From contig CAWGVS010000006.1 of assembly GCA_963826115.1 (NCBI GenBank), positions 832,001 through 896,000 on the forward strand: a DNA stretch of 64,000 nucleotides, written 5' to 3'. Made by a program: the position numbers and the translations under genes. The DNA is from an uncultured Candidatus Rokubacteria bacterium. Lineage in GTDB: Bacteria > Methylomirabilota > Methylomirabilia > Rokubacteriales > DASRDR01. Below, piece by piece: positions 1 through 8,283 of the stretch. The notes under the pieces were generated by a model that ran no database searches, was not told the DNA's origin, and worked only from the letters and a program-made list of their open reading frames with translations. The first letter of the stretch is position 1, and each line of letters begins with the position of its first letter.

Positions 1-890
1 TGGGGCAGGGTGGCCCGCATGAGGAGCGCCGCCTCGAGGGCCTTCCGGGACGACAGGTGGAGCAGGTTGACGTTGCGGCACGCCGCCTCGTGAGCGAGGT
101 AGGACGCGATCCACACCCCGAGCCCCTCGGAGTGCGGTGGCCGCGCGGCGCTGTACGCGCGGAGCCCCGTGAGGGACGGGTCCTGCTGGACGATGCGGGT
201 GTAGGCGTTCAGGATGTCCGCGATCTCGCAGTGGAGGCTCACGCTCACGTGGTCGCCGAGCCGGGGGTGCCGGTCGCGCACGGCGGCCGCCCCGCGGAGG
301 ACGAACTCGAAGTGCGCGAGGTCGTAGCGCTCGTCCTCGCCGAGCATGAGGAAGCTCCGCTGGGCGCCGCGGTCCGTCTTCCCGTGGAGCCCGTAGTCCC
401 CGTAGAACATGAAGATCTTGAACGACGGCACGCCGTGCTCGACCGCGAGCGACTCCATCTCGCCGATGTGAGAGGCCTGGATGGGCGCGAGGTGGTAGCC
501 GTAGTCGACCCAGTAGCGCCCCTCGGAGAGGCGGAGCACCTCGGGGAAGAACTCCGCGTACGGGCCGCCGCGGTTCAGGTAGTACTGGCCCGTCCGGAAG
601 TAGGTGAGCATCGCCGTCACGCCGCCCATCGCGGCGGCCTTGCTCTCGCTCTCCGCGTCGGCGGAGAGCGGGCCGTAGATGCCCACATGGGTGTGAGCGT
701 CGACGACGCCGGGGAAGCCCAAGAGGCCGCGCCCGTCGCGGACCTCGCGCGCGTCCCGGGCGGGGATGTCCGCCGCGAGGCGCGCGAACCGCCCGTCCTT
801 CACGCCGACGTCGAGGCGCTCCGGCGCGGGCTGGTGGGGCCGGACCACCCGCACGTTCTTGACGACGAGGTCGAGCGCCGGCGCGCTCAT
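1..890 (-). CDS. Dihydroorotase/allantoinase/hydantoinase-family amidohydrolase (runs off the window edge)
   Basis: Not in ORF track; manual translation from ATG at 890: MSAPALDLVVKNVRVVRP...GFPGVVDAHTHVG...AAAMGGVTAMLTYFR...VPSFKIFMFYG. HxH metal motif and SFK lysine typical of cyclic amidohydrolases. Confidence 0.85.
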   Translation of the reverse strand, partial: MSAPALDLVVKNVRVVRPHQPAPERLDVGVKDGRFARLAADIPARDAREVRDGRGLLGFPGVVDAHTHVGIYGPLSADAESESKAAAMGGVTAMLTYFRTGQYYLNRGGPYAEFFPEVLRLSEGRYWVDYGYHLAPIQASHIGEMESLAVEHGVPSFKIFMFYGDYGLHGKTDRGAQRSFLMLGEDERYDLAHFEFVLRGAAAVRDRHPRLGDHVSVSLHCEIADILNAYTRIVQQDPSLTGLRAYSAARPPHSEGLGVWIASYLAHEAACRNVNLLHLSSRKALEAALLMRATLP

Positions 891-1107
891 CGACCGAGTC
901 TCACCGCCCGCGGCCTTGTCGTCCCGCGCGTCATGTGTCCTATTGCTATAGGAAGCATGGCAGCCGTGCAAGAGGCCTGGCGAGCAGACGCGCTCGACCT
1001 CCTCCGGTCGACGCCGGAGCCGCGCGCCCGCGTCGAGAGGATCGCCGAGTCGCGGCGCGAAGCGCAGGACGCGTTCCGCTGAGCGGCCGCCCCGGGGCCC
1101 GCTGGAG

Positions 1108-1113
1108 TATAAT
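1108..1113 (+). promoter_or_regulatory. Candidate sigma70 -10 element (TATAAT) for the RRE/kinase/glycosyltransferase operon
   Basis: Perfect TATAAT in a GC-rich background, 33 nt upstream of ATG 1147; no convincing -35 seen. Confidence 0.45.
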
Positions 1114-1146
1114 TCCCGCACATTCACGATCTGGGAGATCCGCCCG

Positions 1147-1602
1147 ATGCTTCCGGCTGACGTCTTTCGCGCCAACACCCCTCACGTGGTTCACGAGATC
1201 ATCGACGGCGAGGCGATCCTCGTGAACATGCAGACCGGCCGGTACTACAGCGCGAGCGAGATCGGCGCCGTCGTCTGGGGCCTGGTCGAGGCGGGCGCGC
1301 CGGTGAGCGCGATCGTGGACCGCGTGGCGGCCCGGTACCGGGGCACGCGCGGGGAGATCGCGGCGGGGCTCGAGAGCTTCCTCGCGGAGCTCGAGCGTGA
1401 GGGTCTGATCGTGCCGCACGAGGGCCCCGTCGCCGTCCGTGATGGCGCCGGCGACGGGCGCGAGATCTCGCCGGCCGGGGCGCCGTTCGTTCCGCCCGCG
1501 CTCCGCGCGTACACGGACATGGAAGATCTGCTGCTCCTCGATCCCATCCACGACGTGGACGAGACCGGCTGGCCCAACCGCGCCAAGGACCGCACCGACT
1601 GA
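1147..1602 (+). CDS. PqqD-family/RiPP recognition element (RRE) protein with fused C-terminal peptide
   Basis: N-terminal PqqD pattern (VVHEIIDGEAILVNMQTGRYYS...IGAVVWGLV...LESFLAELEREGLI), a linker, then FVPPALRAYTDMEDLLLLDPIHDVDETGWP. Confidence 0.85.
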   Translation: MLPADVFRANTPHVVHEIIDGEAILVNMQTGRYYSASEIGAVVWGLVEAGAPVSAIVDRVAARYRGTRGEIAAGLESFLAELEREGLIVPHEGPVAVRDGAGDGREISPAGAPFVPPALRAYTDMEDLLLLDPIHDVDETGWPNRAKDRTD

Positions 1603-1628
1603 CGGCGCCGCGCGCCGCCGTCCCCGCC

Positions 1629-2693
1629 GTGACGTCCGAAGACGGGATGCGCCCGGCGCCGCTGGCCTTCTTCGACGCGACGCGCCGCGCGTTCCTCGAC
1701 GCCGAGCGGGCCGCGGGCGGCGCGACCCACCGCTTCGTCGATGTCGCGGGCCAGACCGTCCGGCTGAGCTTCGCGGGCCCCGCGCTGATCTCGCGCCTCC
1801 TGCCGGCCCTGTCGCACGCCGAGGCGCCGCAGATCGCCACCCCGGCCCTCACGGTGTGCGCGTGGGACGGCGCCTCCACCGGGGTCGCGCTGCCCCGTCT
1901 CTCCTGGGAGGGCGCGTCCCTGTCCCGGCGTGGCGAGGTGCAGGGGTTCAACGATCGCCGGATCCGGATCGCCTTCGACCGGGCCTCGGACCTCCTGAGC
2001 TGCTTCGATGCCGACCGTCGCCTCGCGCTGTTCTGCACGCCGTCGGCCGACTCCGTCCCGATGCACGAGACGGCCACGCCGCTCACGGCGATACTCTCCT
2101 GGTGGCTGCGCTCGCGCGGCCTCGAGTTCGTCCACGCCGGCGCGGTCTCGTGGGCGGGGCGCGCTGCCCTGCTCACCGGCGACAGCGGAGCGGGCAAGAC
2201 GACCAGCGCCCTCGCGTGTCTCGCGTCGTCGCTGGGCTATCTGGGCGACGACACCTGCGCGGTCGAGGCCGGGCGCGCGCCCCGCGTGTTCGGCCTCTAC
2301 AACACCGCCAAGCTCACCCCGGACTGCGTCGAGCGGCTGCCACACCTGCGCGAGGCCGTGAGCAACCCGGGCCGGCTCGATCGGGAGAAGGCGGTGGTGT
2401 TCCTCGGCGAGGGTCAGCGCGCGCGGCTCGAGCGGAGCTGCCCGGTCGAGGCCATCGTGCTGCCGCGGGTCACCGCCCGTGTCACGCCGGTTCTGAGGCC
2501 CGCGTCGCCCTCGGCCGCCGCCCGGGCGCTCGGCCTGGGGAGCGCCCTCCGGTTCGCGGGGGTGGACGAGGACGGTCTCCGCAACCTCGTGCGGCTCTGC
2601 CACACGGTGCCGTGCTACGAGCTCCAGCTGGGCTCGGATCTCGCGCGGGTCCCCGAGCTGATCCGGCGCCTGCTGGCGCGGGAGGCGCCGTGA
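1629..2693 (+). CDS. HPr kinase/phosphorylase-related P-loop kinase
   Basis: VHAGAV...LLTGDSGAGKTT (Walker A) followed by YLGDD, the HprK signature order; start could also be ATG 1647. Confidence 0.85.
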   Translation: MTSEDGMRPAPLAFFDATRRAFLDAERAAGGATHRFVDVAGQTVRLSFAGPALISRLLPALSHAEAPQIATPALTVCAWDGASTGVALPRLSWEGASLSRRGEVQGFNDRRIRIAFDRASDLLSCFDADRRLALFCTPSADSVPMHETATPLTAILSWWLRSRGLEFVHAGAVSWAGRAALLTGDSGAGKTTSALACLASSLGYLGDDTCAVEAGRAPRVFGLYNTAKLTPDCVERLPHLREAVSNPGRLDREKAVVFLGEGQRARLERSCPVEAIVLPRVTARVTPVLRPASPSAAARALGLGSALRFAGVDEDGLRNLVRLCHTVPCYELQLGSDLARVPELIRRLLAREAP

Positions 2694-3895
2694 GGATCGC
2701 GATCCTCACGCCCTACTCGCCGTATCCGCCGAACTCCGGCGGCCGGATCCGCATGTGGGAGCAGATCCGGTATCTCGCGCCGCGCCACCAGGTCACGCTG
2801 GTGTCCTTCTACGAGGAAGAGGAGGAGGACGACGCCCGGCGCGCCCGGCTCGAGGAGCACTGCCGGCGGGTCTTCCTGGTGAAGCGCCCGCGCCGCCCCG
2901 CCCACGACGACCTGGCGCGGCTCAACGGGGTCGCCGACCTCTTCCGCTGGCACACGACGCCGGAGATGGCGGCGGCGCTGAAGCGCTGCCGGAGCGAGTC
3001 GTTCGACGTGACGATGATCCACCACGTCTTCATGGCGCAGTACCGGGAGGCGCTCTCCGGGCCCGTCGTGCTCCAGGAGCACAACATCGAGTCGAACATC
3101 TTCGGCCAGCTGGCGCGCCTCGACGTGAACGGGGGGGACGAGGCGGCGCGCGGGCGCCTGCGGACGTTCCGCCGCTCGCGCTGGATGCTGATGCGGCAGT
3201 ACGAGGACCGCGCCTGGCCGGGCTTCCCGCTCCGCTTCGTGGTGAGCGAGGAGGACAAGCGCGAGCTGGACCGTCGGTGCCCGACCGGGCGCACGGTGGT
3301 TTCCGAGAACGGGGTGAACACGCGCGAGATCCGGCTCCAGCCCCTGTCGGCCGCCCGCCGCGTGCTGTTCATGGGGTCGCTCGACTTCTATCCGAACATC
3401 GACGCGCTGATGCACTTCCGCGACGCGGTCCTGCCCCGCCTGTGGCGGAAGGATCCGGACGTGTCGGTCGTCGTGGCGGGGAGGAACCCCGACGAGGCGG
3501 TCCGGGCGCTCGCGATGGACCCGAGGATCACGGTCGTCGCCGATCCGGCCGACATCGCCCCGCTGGCCCGCGAGTGCGGTGTGACCGTGGTACCGCAGCG
3601 CGTGGGCGGGGGGACGCGCATGCGGATCCTCCACGCCATGGCCCTCGGGCTCCCGGTGGTCTCGACGAGCCGCGGGTGCGAGGGGCTCGCCGTCACCGAC
3701 GGCCAGGACATCCTGGTCCGCGACGACCCCGACGCCATGGTCGACGCCGTGCTGGAGCTTCTCGGGAGCCCGGCCCTGGCGGCGCGCCTTCACGCGGCGG
3801 GGCGCGCCCTCGTGGAGGCGCGCTACGACTGGCCCCGGGTGATGGCGAGCATGGAGGAGGAGCTCCTCGCCGTGGCGGGCGCGCGGGTGGGCTGA
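2690..3895 (+). CDS. Glycosyltransferase family 4 (GT-B)
   Basis: GTG start overlaps the kinase stop (GTGA); PYPPNSGGRIR, FMGSLDFYPNIDA, GGGTRMRILHAMALGLPVVSTSRGCEGL. Confidence 0.9.
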   Translation: MRIAILTPYSPYPPNSGGRIRMWEQIRYLAPRHQVTLVSFYEEEEEDDARRARLEEHCRRVFLVKRPRRPAHDDLARLNGVADLFRWHTTPEMAAALKRCRSESFDVTMIHHVFMAQYREALSGPVVLQEHNIESNIFGQLARLDVNGGDEAARGRLRTFRRSRWMLMRQYEDRAWPGFPLRFVVSEEDKRELDRRCPTGRTVVSENGVNTREIRLQPLSAARRVLFMGSLDFYPNIDALMHFRDAVLPRLWRKDPDVSVVVAGRNPDEAVRALAMDPRITVVADPADIAPLARECGVTVVPQRVGGGTRMRILHAMALGLPVVSTSRGCEGLAVTDGQDILVRDDPDAMVDAVLELLGSPALAARLHAAGRALVEARYDWPRVMASMEEELLAVAGARVG

Positions 3896-4641
3896 TGGAA
3901 CCGGTCAGGCCGCGGAGCGCCGGCGGGAGCCCGCTGGTCAGCGTCGTCATTCCCGCCTACAACGGGGCCGAGTTCCTGGGGAAGGCGGTGGACAGCGTCC
4001 TCCGGCAGGCGTGGGAGCCGATCGAGATCCTTGTGATCGACGACGGCTCGACCGACGACACGGCCGCCATCGCGCGGAGCTTCGGCGACGCCGTGCGATA
4101 CGAAGCTCAGCCGCGCCGGGGATGTCCGGCGGCCGGGCGGAACCGGGGCATCCGGCTGTCGCGCGGGTCGCTCGTCGCCTTCCTGGATCAGGACGACCTC
4201 TGGCCGCCCGGCGCGCTCCGATGCCGGATCTCGGCCTTTGGCGCCAGCCCGCCGCCGGATGTCGTGATCGGTCGCACGCAGATCCTGCATCACGACCGGG
4301 AGCCGGGCGGCCGAGGCCCGGGGGCGCTCGGCCTCGTGCTGCCGAACCACATGGTGTCGGCGGCCCTGTTCACGCGGGAGGCGCTCGCCGCCGTCGGGCC
4401 GTTCGACGAGACGCTGCGCTACTTCGGCGACGACCTCGACTGGTTCATCCGGGCCCGGGACCTCGGCATCCGGACGCTGGCCCTCGACGTGGTCACGCTG
4501 CACTGGCGGCGGCACGACCGGAACGCGAGCGACCGCGGCATCCGCGACCACGCGGCGGGGCGGGACCACGCGCTGACCGAGGTCGTGAAGCGGACGCTGG
4601 ACCGGCGCCGTCGGGCCGCGTCGCCGGGCGGCGATGGCTGA
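3895..4641 (+). CDS. Glycosyltransferase family 2 (GT-A)
   Basis: TGATG overlap; VSVVIPAYN, VIDDGSTD, AFLDQDD (DxD), PFDETLRYFGDD. Confidence 0.9.
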   Translation: MEPVRPRSAGGSPLVSVVIPAYNGAEFLGKAVDSVLRQAWEPIEILVIDDGSTDDTAAIARSFGDAVRYEAQPRRGCPAAGRNRGIRLSRGSLVAFLDQDDLWPPGALRCRISAFGASPPPDVVIGRTQILHHDREPGGRGPGALGLVLPNHMVSAALFTREALAAVGPFDETLRYFGDDLDWFIRARDLGIRTLALDVVTLHWRRHDRNASDRGIRDHAAGRDHALTEVVKRTLDRRRRAASPGGDG

Positions 4642-5806
4642 GCCCGCGCCGGCGCCGATCGTGGCCGCGGACGGCCCTGCGGCCCGCGACGGCCGGGGCG
4701 TGCTCGTGATCGACACGCGGTATCCGACGCCGGACCGTGACGCCGCGTCGCTCCGGATGATGAACGTGCTGGCGCTCCTCCGGGAGGTCGCCGGGCCCGT
4801 GACCTTCGCGGCCGACGACGCCGGCGCGCATCGCTCCTCCCGGGCGCTGCTTCGGGCCGCCGGGATCCGCGTGGTGGATGACGTCTCCGTGGAGGCGCAC
4901 CTCCGCGCGCGCGGGCGCGACTACCGGATCGTCGTGCTGAGCCGCGTCGACACGGCCACGAAGTATTTGCCCCTCGTACGCCAGCACGCCCCGGACGCCC
5001 GGCTCGTCTTCGACACGACGGATCTCGCGTCGGTGCGGGGTCTCCGCGGCGCGAGGGTGACCGGCAATCAGAACCTGCTCCGCCAGGCCCTCGTGGCCCG
5101 ACGGGAGGAGCGGGCCGCGGCCTCGGCCGCCGACTGCACCCTGGTCGTCAGCGCGGAGGAGCAGGCGACGCTGATGGCCGACTGCCCGGGCGCCCGGGTT
5201 CACGTGCTGTCGGTTGTCCACGCGCTGCCCGAGTACCGTCCCTCGCGCGCCGGGCGTGAGGGCCTCGTGTTCGTGGGCGCCTTCCCGCACCATCCGAACG
5301 CGGACGCGATGGAGTTCTTTCTCCGCGAGGTGCATCCGAGGCTCCGCGAGAGGCTCCCTGGAGTTCAGACCCTCATCGTCGGGACGGAGCCGCCCGAGTG
5401 GCTTCGGCAGCGAGCCGGCCCGGACATCGTCGTCGCGGGACACGTGCCGGACATCGGGACGGCTCTCGGGCGGCGACGGGTGTCGATCGCGCCGCTGCGC
5501 TACGGCGCGGGCGTCAAGGGCAAGGTCATCCTCAGCATGAGTCACGGGGTCCCCGTCGTCGGGTCCACGATCTCGGCCGAGGGGATCGGGGCGCGGGACG
5601 GGGAGGAGATGCTGATCGCCGATGCGCCGGACGAGCTCGTGGCCAAGATCGCCCTGGCGTACGAGGACGAGGCGGTGTGGCACCGCCTCTCCGCCAACGG
5701 CCGACGCCTGGTCGACCGGGAGTTCTCGCTCGACGCCGGGCGCCGGAGCGTCCGCGAGCTCCTCGCGCTCCTGGGCGTGGCGACCAACTCGGTTCCCGTG
5801 GAATGA
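4634..5806 (+). CDS. Glycosyltransferase family 4 (GT-B)
   Basis: PTPDRDAASLR, FVGAFPHHPNADA, APLRYGAGVKGKV, GVPVVGSTISAEG; overlaps upstream stop by 8 nt. Confidence 0.9.
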   Translation: MAEPAPAPIVAADGPAARDGRGVLVIDTRYPTPDRDAASLRMMNVLALLREVAGPVTFAADDAGAHRSSRALLRAAGIRVVDDVSVEAHLRARGRDYRIVVLSRVDTATKYLPLVRQHAPDARLVFDTTDLASVRGLRGARVTGNQNLLRQALVARREERAAASAADCTLVVSAEEQATLMADCPGARVHVLSVVHALPEYRPSRAGREGLVFVGAFPHHPNADAMEFFLREVHPRLRERLPGVQTLIVGTEPPEWLRQRAGPDIVVAGHVPDIGTALGRRRVSIAPLRYGAGVKGKVILSMSHGVPVVGSTISAEGIGARDGEEMLIADAPDELVAKIALAYEDEAVWHRLSANGRRLVDREFSLDAGRRSVRELLALLGVATNSVPVE

Positions 5807-6510
5807 CGGGGGCCGGGGTGGGGACTGCCGGGCTGGTCAGCGTCGTCGTGCCGGTCTTCGACGGGGCCCGGTTCCTGGCGGAGGCGGTGGAGAGCGTCCG
5901 CGCGCAAACGTACGCGCCGGTCGAGATCCTCGTGGTCGACGACGGCTCGACGGACGGGACGGCCGAAGTGGCCGGGCGCCTTCCGGGGATTCGCTATGCC
6001 TGGCAGGAGCACGCGGGGATCGGGGCGGCACGGAACCGGGGCGTCGCGATGGCGCGTGGCGAGGTGCTCGCCTTCCTGGACGCGGACGACGTGTGGCTGC
6101 CGGACAAGCTCACGCGTCAGATGGCGATCCTGCGCGAGGCCCCGGACGTGGACATCGTGTTCGGTCATGTCGAGGAGTTCGTCGACCGCGCGCCGGGCGT
6201 CGAGGAGGAGGGAAGGCACGGGCCTGCCGCGAGGCCCGTCCGCGGAATCATTCCGTCGGCGATGGCGGTGCGGCGCGAGTCCTTCGACCGGGTCGGGCCC
6301 TTCGAGACCCACTGGCGGGTCGGCGAGTTCGCCAGCTGGCTGCTCCGCGCCGGCGAGGCGGGACTGGCGATCCGGGTCCCGCCGGACGTCGTCGCGCGGC
6401 GGCGCGTCCACGGGGAGAACCACGGCATCCGGCAGCGCGAGGCGCTGCAGGACTACGCGCGGATCCTCAAGCAGTCCCTCGACCGGCGACGGGCGGGCGG
6501 AGCCGGCTAG
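5803..6510 (+). CDS. Glycosyltransferase family 2 (GT-A)
   Basis: ATGA overlap; VSVVVPVFD, VVDDGSTD, AARNRG, AFLDADD. Confidence 0.9.
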   Translation: MTGAGVGTAGLVSVVVPVFDGARFLAEAVESVRAQTYAPVEILVVDDGSTDGTAEVAGRLPGIRYAWQEHAGIGAARNRGVAMARGEVLAFLDADDVWLPDKLTRQMAILREAPDVDIVFGHVEEFVDRAPGVEEEGRHGPAARPVRGIIPSAMAVRRESFDRVGPFETHWRVGEFASWLLRAGEAGLAIRVPPDVVARRRVHGENHGIRQREALQDYARILKQSLDRRRAGGAG

Positions 6511-6512
6511 AC

Positions 6513-7256
6513 ATGCCGACGGTGGCCGTGATCGTGCCGACCTACCGGCGGGAGCGCTTCCTGAACCTGGCGGTCGCGTCGCTCCTGGCCCAGACCTTCG
6601 CCGACTGGGAAGCGCTGATCGTCGACGGGACCCCCGAGGGGTCGACCCTCGAGTCCTCGGACCCGCGGCTCCGGTACTTCCGGGAGAGCGAGCACGGCGT
6701 GTCCGGCCTGGCCCAGGCCCGGAACTTCGGCATCGCGCAGAGCGACGCCAAGTACGTCGCCTACCTCGACGACGACGAGTGTTACTACCCGACGAAGCTC
6801 GAGGTCATGGTCGATGTCCTCGAGCGGGAGGCGGCCGGGGTCGAGTTCGCCTACCACGACGTCACCGTCGCGGCCGTGGAGTGGGTCGACGGGAGGCTCG
6901 GCCGCATCGGCGAGCCGCGCCGGCACCGGCATCCGGAGGGCGACCCGAACGAGGCGATCCGGACGACGTCCTTCATCGCCGGCCTCCAGGTCGTCCACAC
7001 CCGGAGCGTGTTCGACAAGGCGGGGGGATTCCGCGAGGAGCGGCTGCGCGGCATCTTCCAGGGGCGGTACCGGAGCCGGCTCGTTCGCTACGACGAGGAC
7101 GCGGACCTGTTCCGGCGCATCGCCCGACACACGCGGCTCCGCCGCGTGCCTATCGAGCTGGGAGAGTACCGGGTTCACGGCTCGAACGCGAACGGCTGGG
7201 GGATCGACTACGAAGAGGTCCTCCGCGCGCGGCAGCTCACTAGGGACGAGTACTGA
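6513..7256 (+). CDS. Glycosyltransferase family 2 (GT-A), divergent
   Basis: ATG 2 nt after upstream stop; VAVIVPTY, AQARNFGI, YVAYLDDD. Confidence 0.85.
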   Translation: MPTVAVIVPTYRRERFLNLAVASLLAQTFADWEALIVDGTPEGSTLESSDPRLRYFRESEHGVSGLAQARNFGIAQSDAKYVAYLDDDECYYPTKLEVMVDVLEREAAGVEFAYHDVTVAAVEWVDGRLGRIGEPRRHRHPEGDPNEAIRTTSFIAGLQVVHTRSVFDKAGGFREERLRGIFQGRYRSRLVRYDEDADLFRRIARHTRLRRVPIELGEYRVHGSNANGWGIDYEEVLRARQLTRDEY

Positions 7257-7277
7257 GGCGCGGCCCGCCGCGGCGGG

Positions 7278-8186
7278 TCAATCGGTCCGGAGCCAGCCGG
7301 ACAGGTCGCGTCCGATGAGGTCCTGGAGCTTCAGGATGTCCTCGCGGTAGACGCCGACCAGGCGCGCTCGCGCGCCGGGGGGAAGCCGCGCCGAACCCTC
7401 GTTCGCGCTCAGCAGGGACCGCACGACTCGCCGGCGCATCGAGAGCGGGACGAGCGGCCGCACGATCGACTTGAGCGCGTTCGGCCGGCTCAGAAACCGC
7501 TGGAGCCCGGCGCTCCGAGGCGGCGCCGAGGGATTGAAGCGCCGGGCCGTATCGACGACGACGCGGCTGTCGACGCCGAGGAACTCGAAGACGTCGCGGA
7601 CGACTCCCGGCGTGTTGTCCGCCAGATCCTCGTGAAGGAAGAGGCGGATCCGGCTCCGGTCGAAGACACGGAAGTAGCGCTCGAGCTGGCGATGGTAGAA
7701 CCCAGCGGCGACGTACCGCCAGAGCCAGTCCCAGCGCTCGCGGGCCCGCTTCTCCTCCTCGGCCAGAGCCCGGGTGAAGTCGGGGATCGGCTCCCGGCCC
7801 GACCGGATCAGGTGCCGGAAGCTCGCGTAGGCGCGCTCACTGGGATCGCGGAGGATCGCGACGAGCCGGGCGCCGGGGATAGCGTCGCGGATGCGTCGCG
7901 GGGCGTCCTCGCTCAGGAGGTACCAGGCCGACGCCTCGCCGACCGCGCGGTGCTCCGGGCCCGCGCCGGCGAACAGCGCCCGGTACGCGTCGGGGTCCGC
8001 GGTCATGCCGGCCGTGGCGGCGCCGTCGCCCGGCCCGCGGAAGTCGACGCGCTCGCCCTCGAGGGCGAAGAAAGCCGGCTCCTTCACGGGGCTCATGAAG
8101 ATCTGCGGGTGGCCGCGCAGGTACTCGTAGAGCGAGGTGGTGCCGCTGCTCATGGCGCCGATGACGAGGAAGTTCGGCAGCGTCAT
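7278..8186 (-). CDS. PAPS-dependent sulfotransferase
   Basis: LPNFLVIGAMSSGTTSL (5'-PSB loop, usual Lys replaced), KEPAFF, GEASAWY, ILRDPSERAYASF (3'-PB). Confidence 0.88.
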   Translation of the reverse strand: MTLPNFLVIGAMSSGTTSLYEYLRGHPQIFMSPVKEPAFFALEGERVDFRGPGDGAATAGMTADPDAYRALFAGAGPEHRAVGEASAWYLLSEDAPRRIRDAIPGARLVAILRDPSERAYASFRHLIRSGREPIPDFTRALAEEEKRARERWDWLWRYVAAGFYHRQLERYFRVFDRSRIRLFLHEDLADNTPGVVRDVFEFLGVDSRVVVDTARRFNPSAPPRSAGLQRFLSRPNALKSIVRPLVPLSMRRRVVRSLLSANEGSARLPPGARARLVGVYREDILKLQDLIGRDLSGWLRTD

Positions 8187-8283
8187 GTCGAATCGCGACG
8201 CGCCCGGCCTCGGGCCTCGCCCGACCGGCCGGTGAGGCGGGCTCCGGGCATCATGGTCGGAGCCGGCTCGCCGCGCGGAGGGC

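Noticed and set aside
1147-1602. PQQ biosynthesis (PqqD plus the PQQ-dependent dehydrogenase at 24.7 kb)
   Set aside because: No pqqA, B, C or E nearby; the PqqD-like protein has a fused tail and kinase/GT neighbours instead.
1147-8186. Canonical lasso peptide cluster
   Set aside because: No asparagine-synthetase-like cyclase or leader peptidase in the locus.
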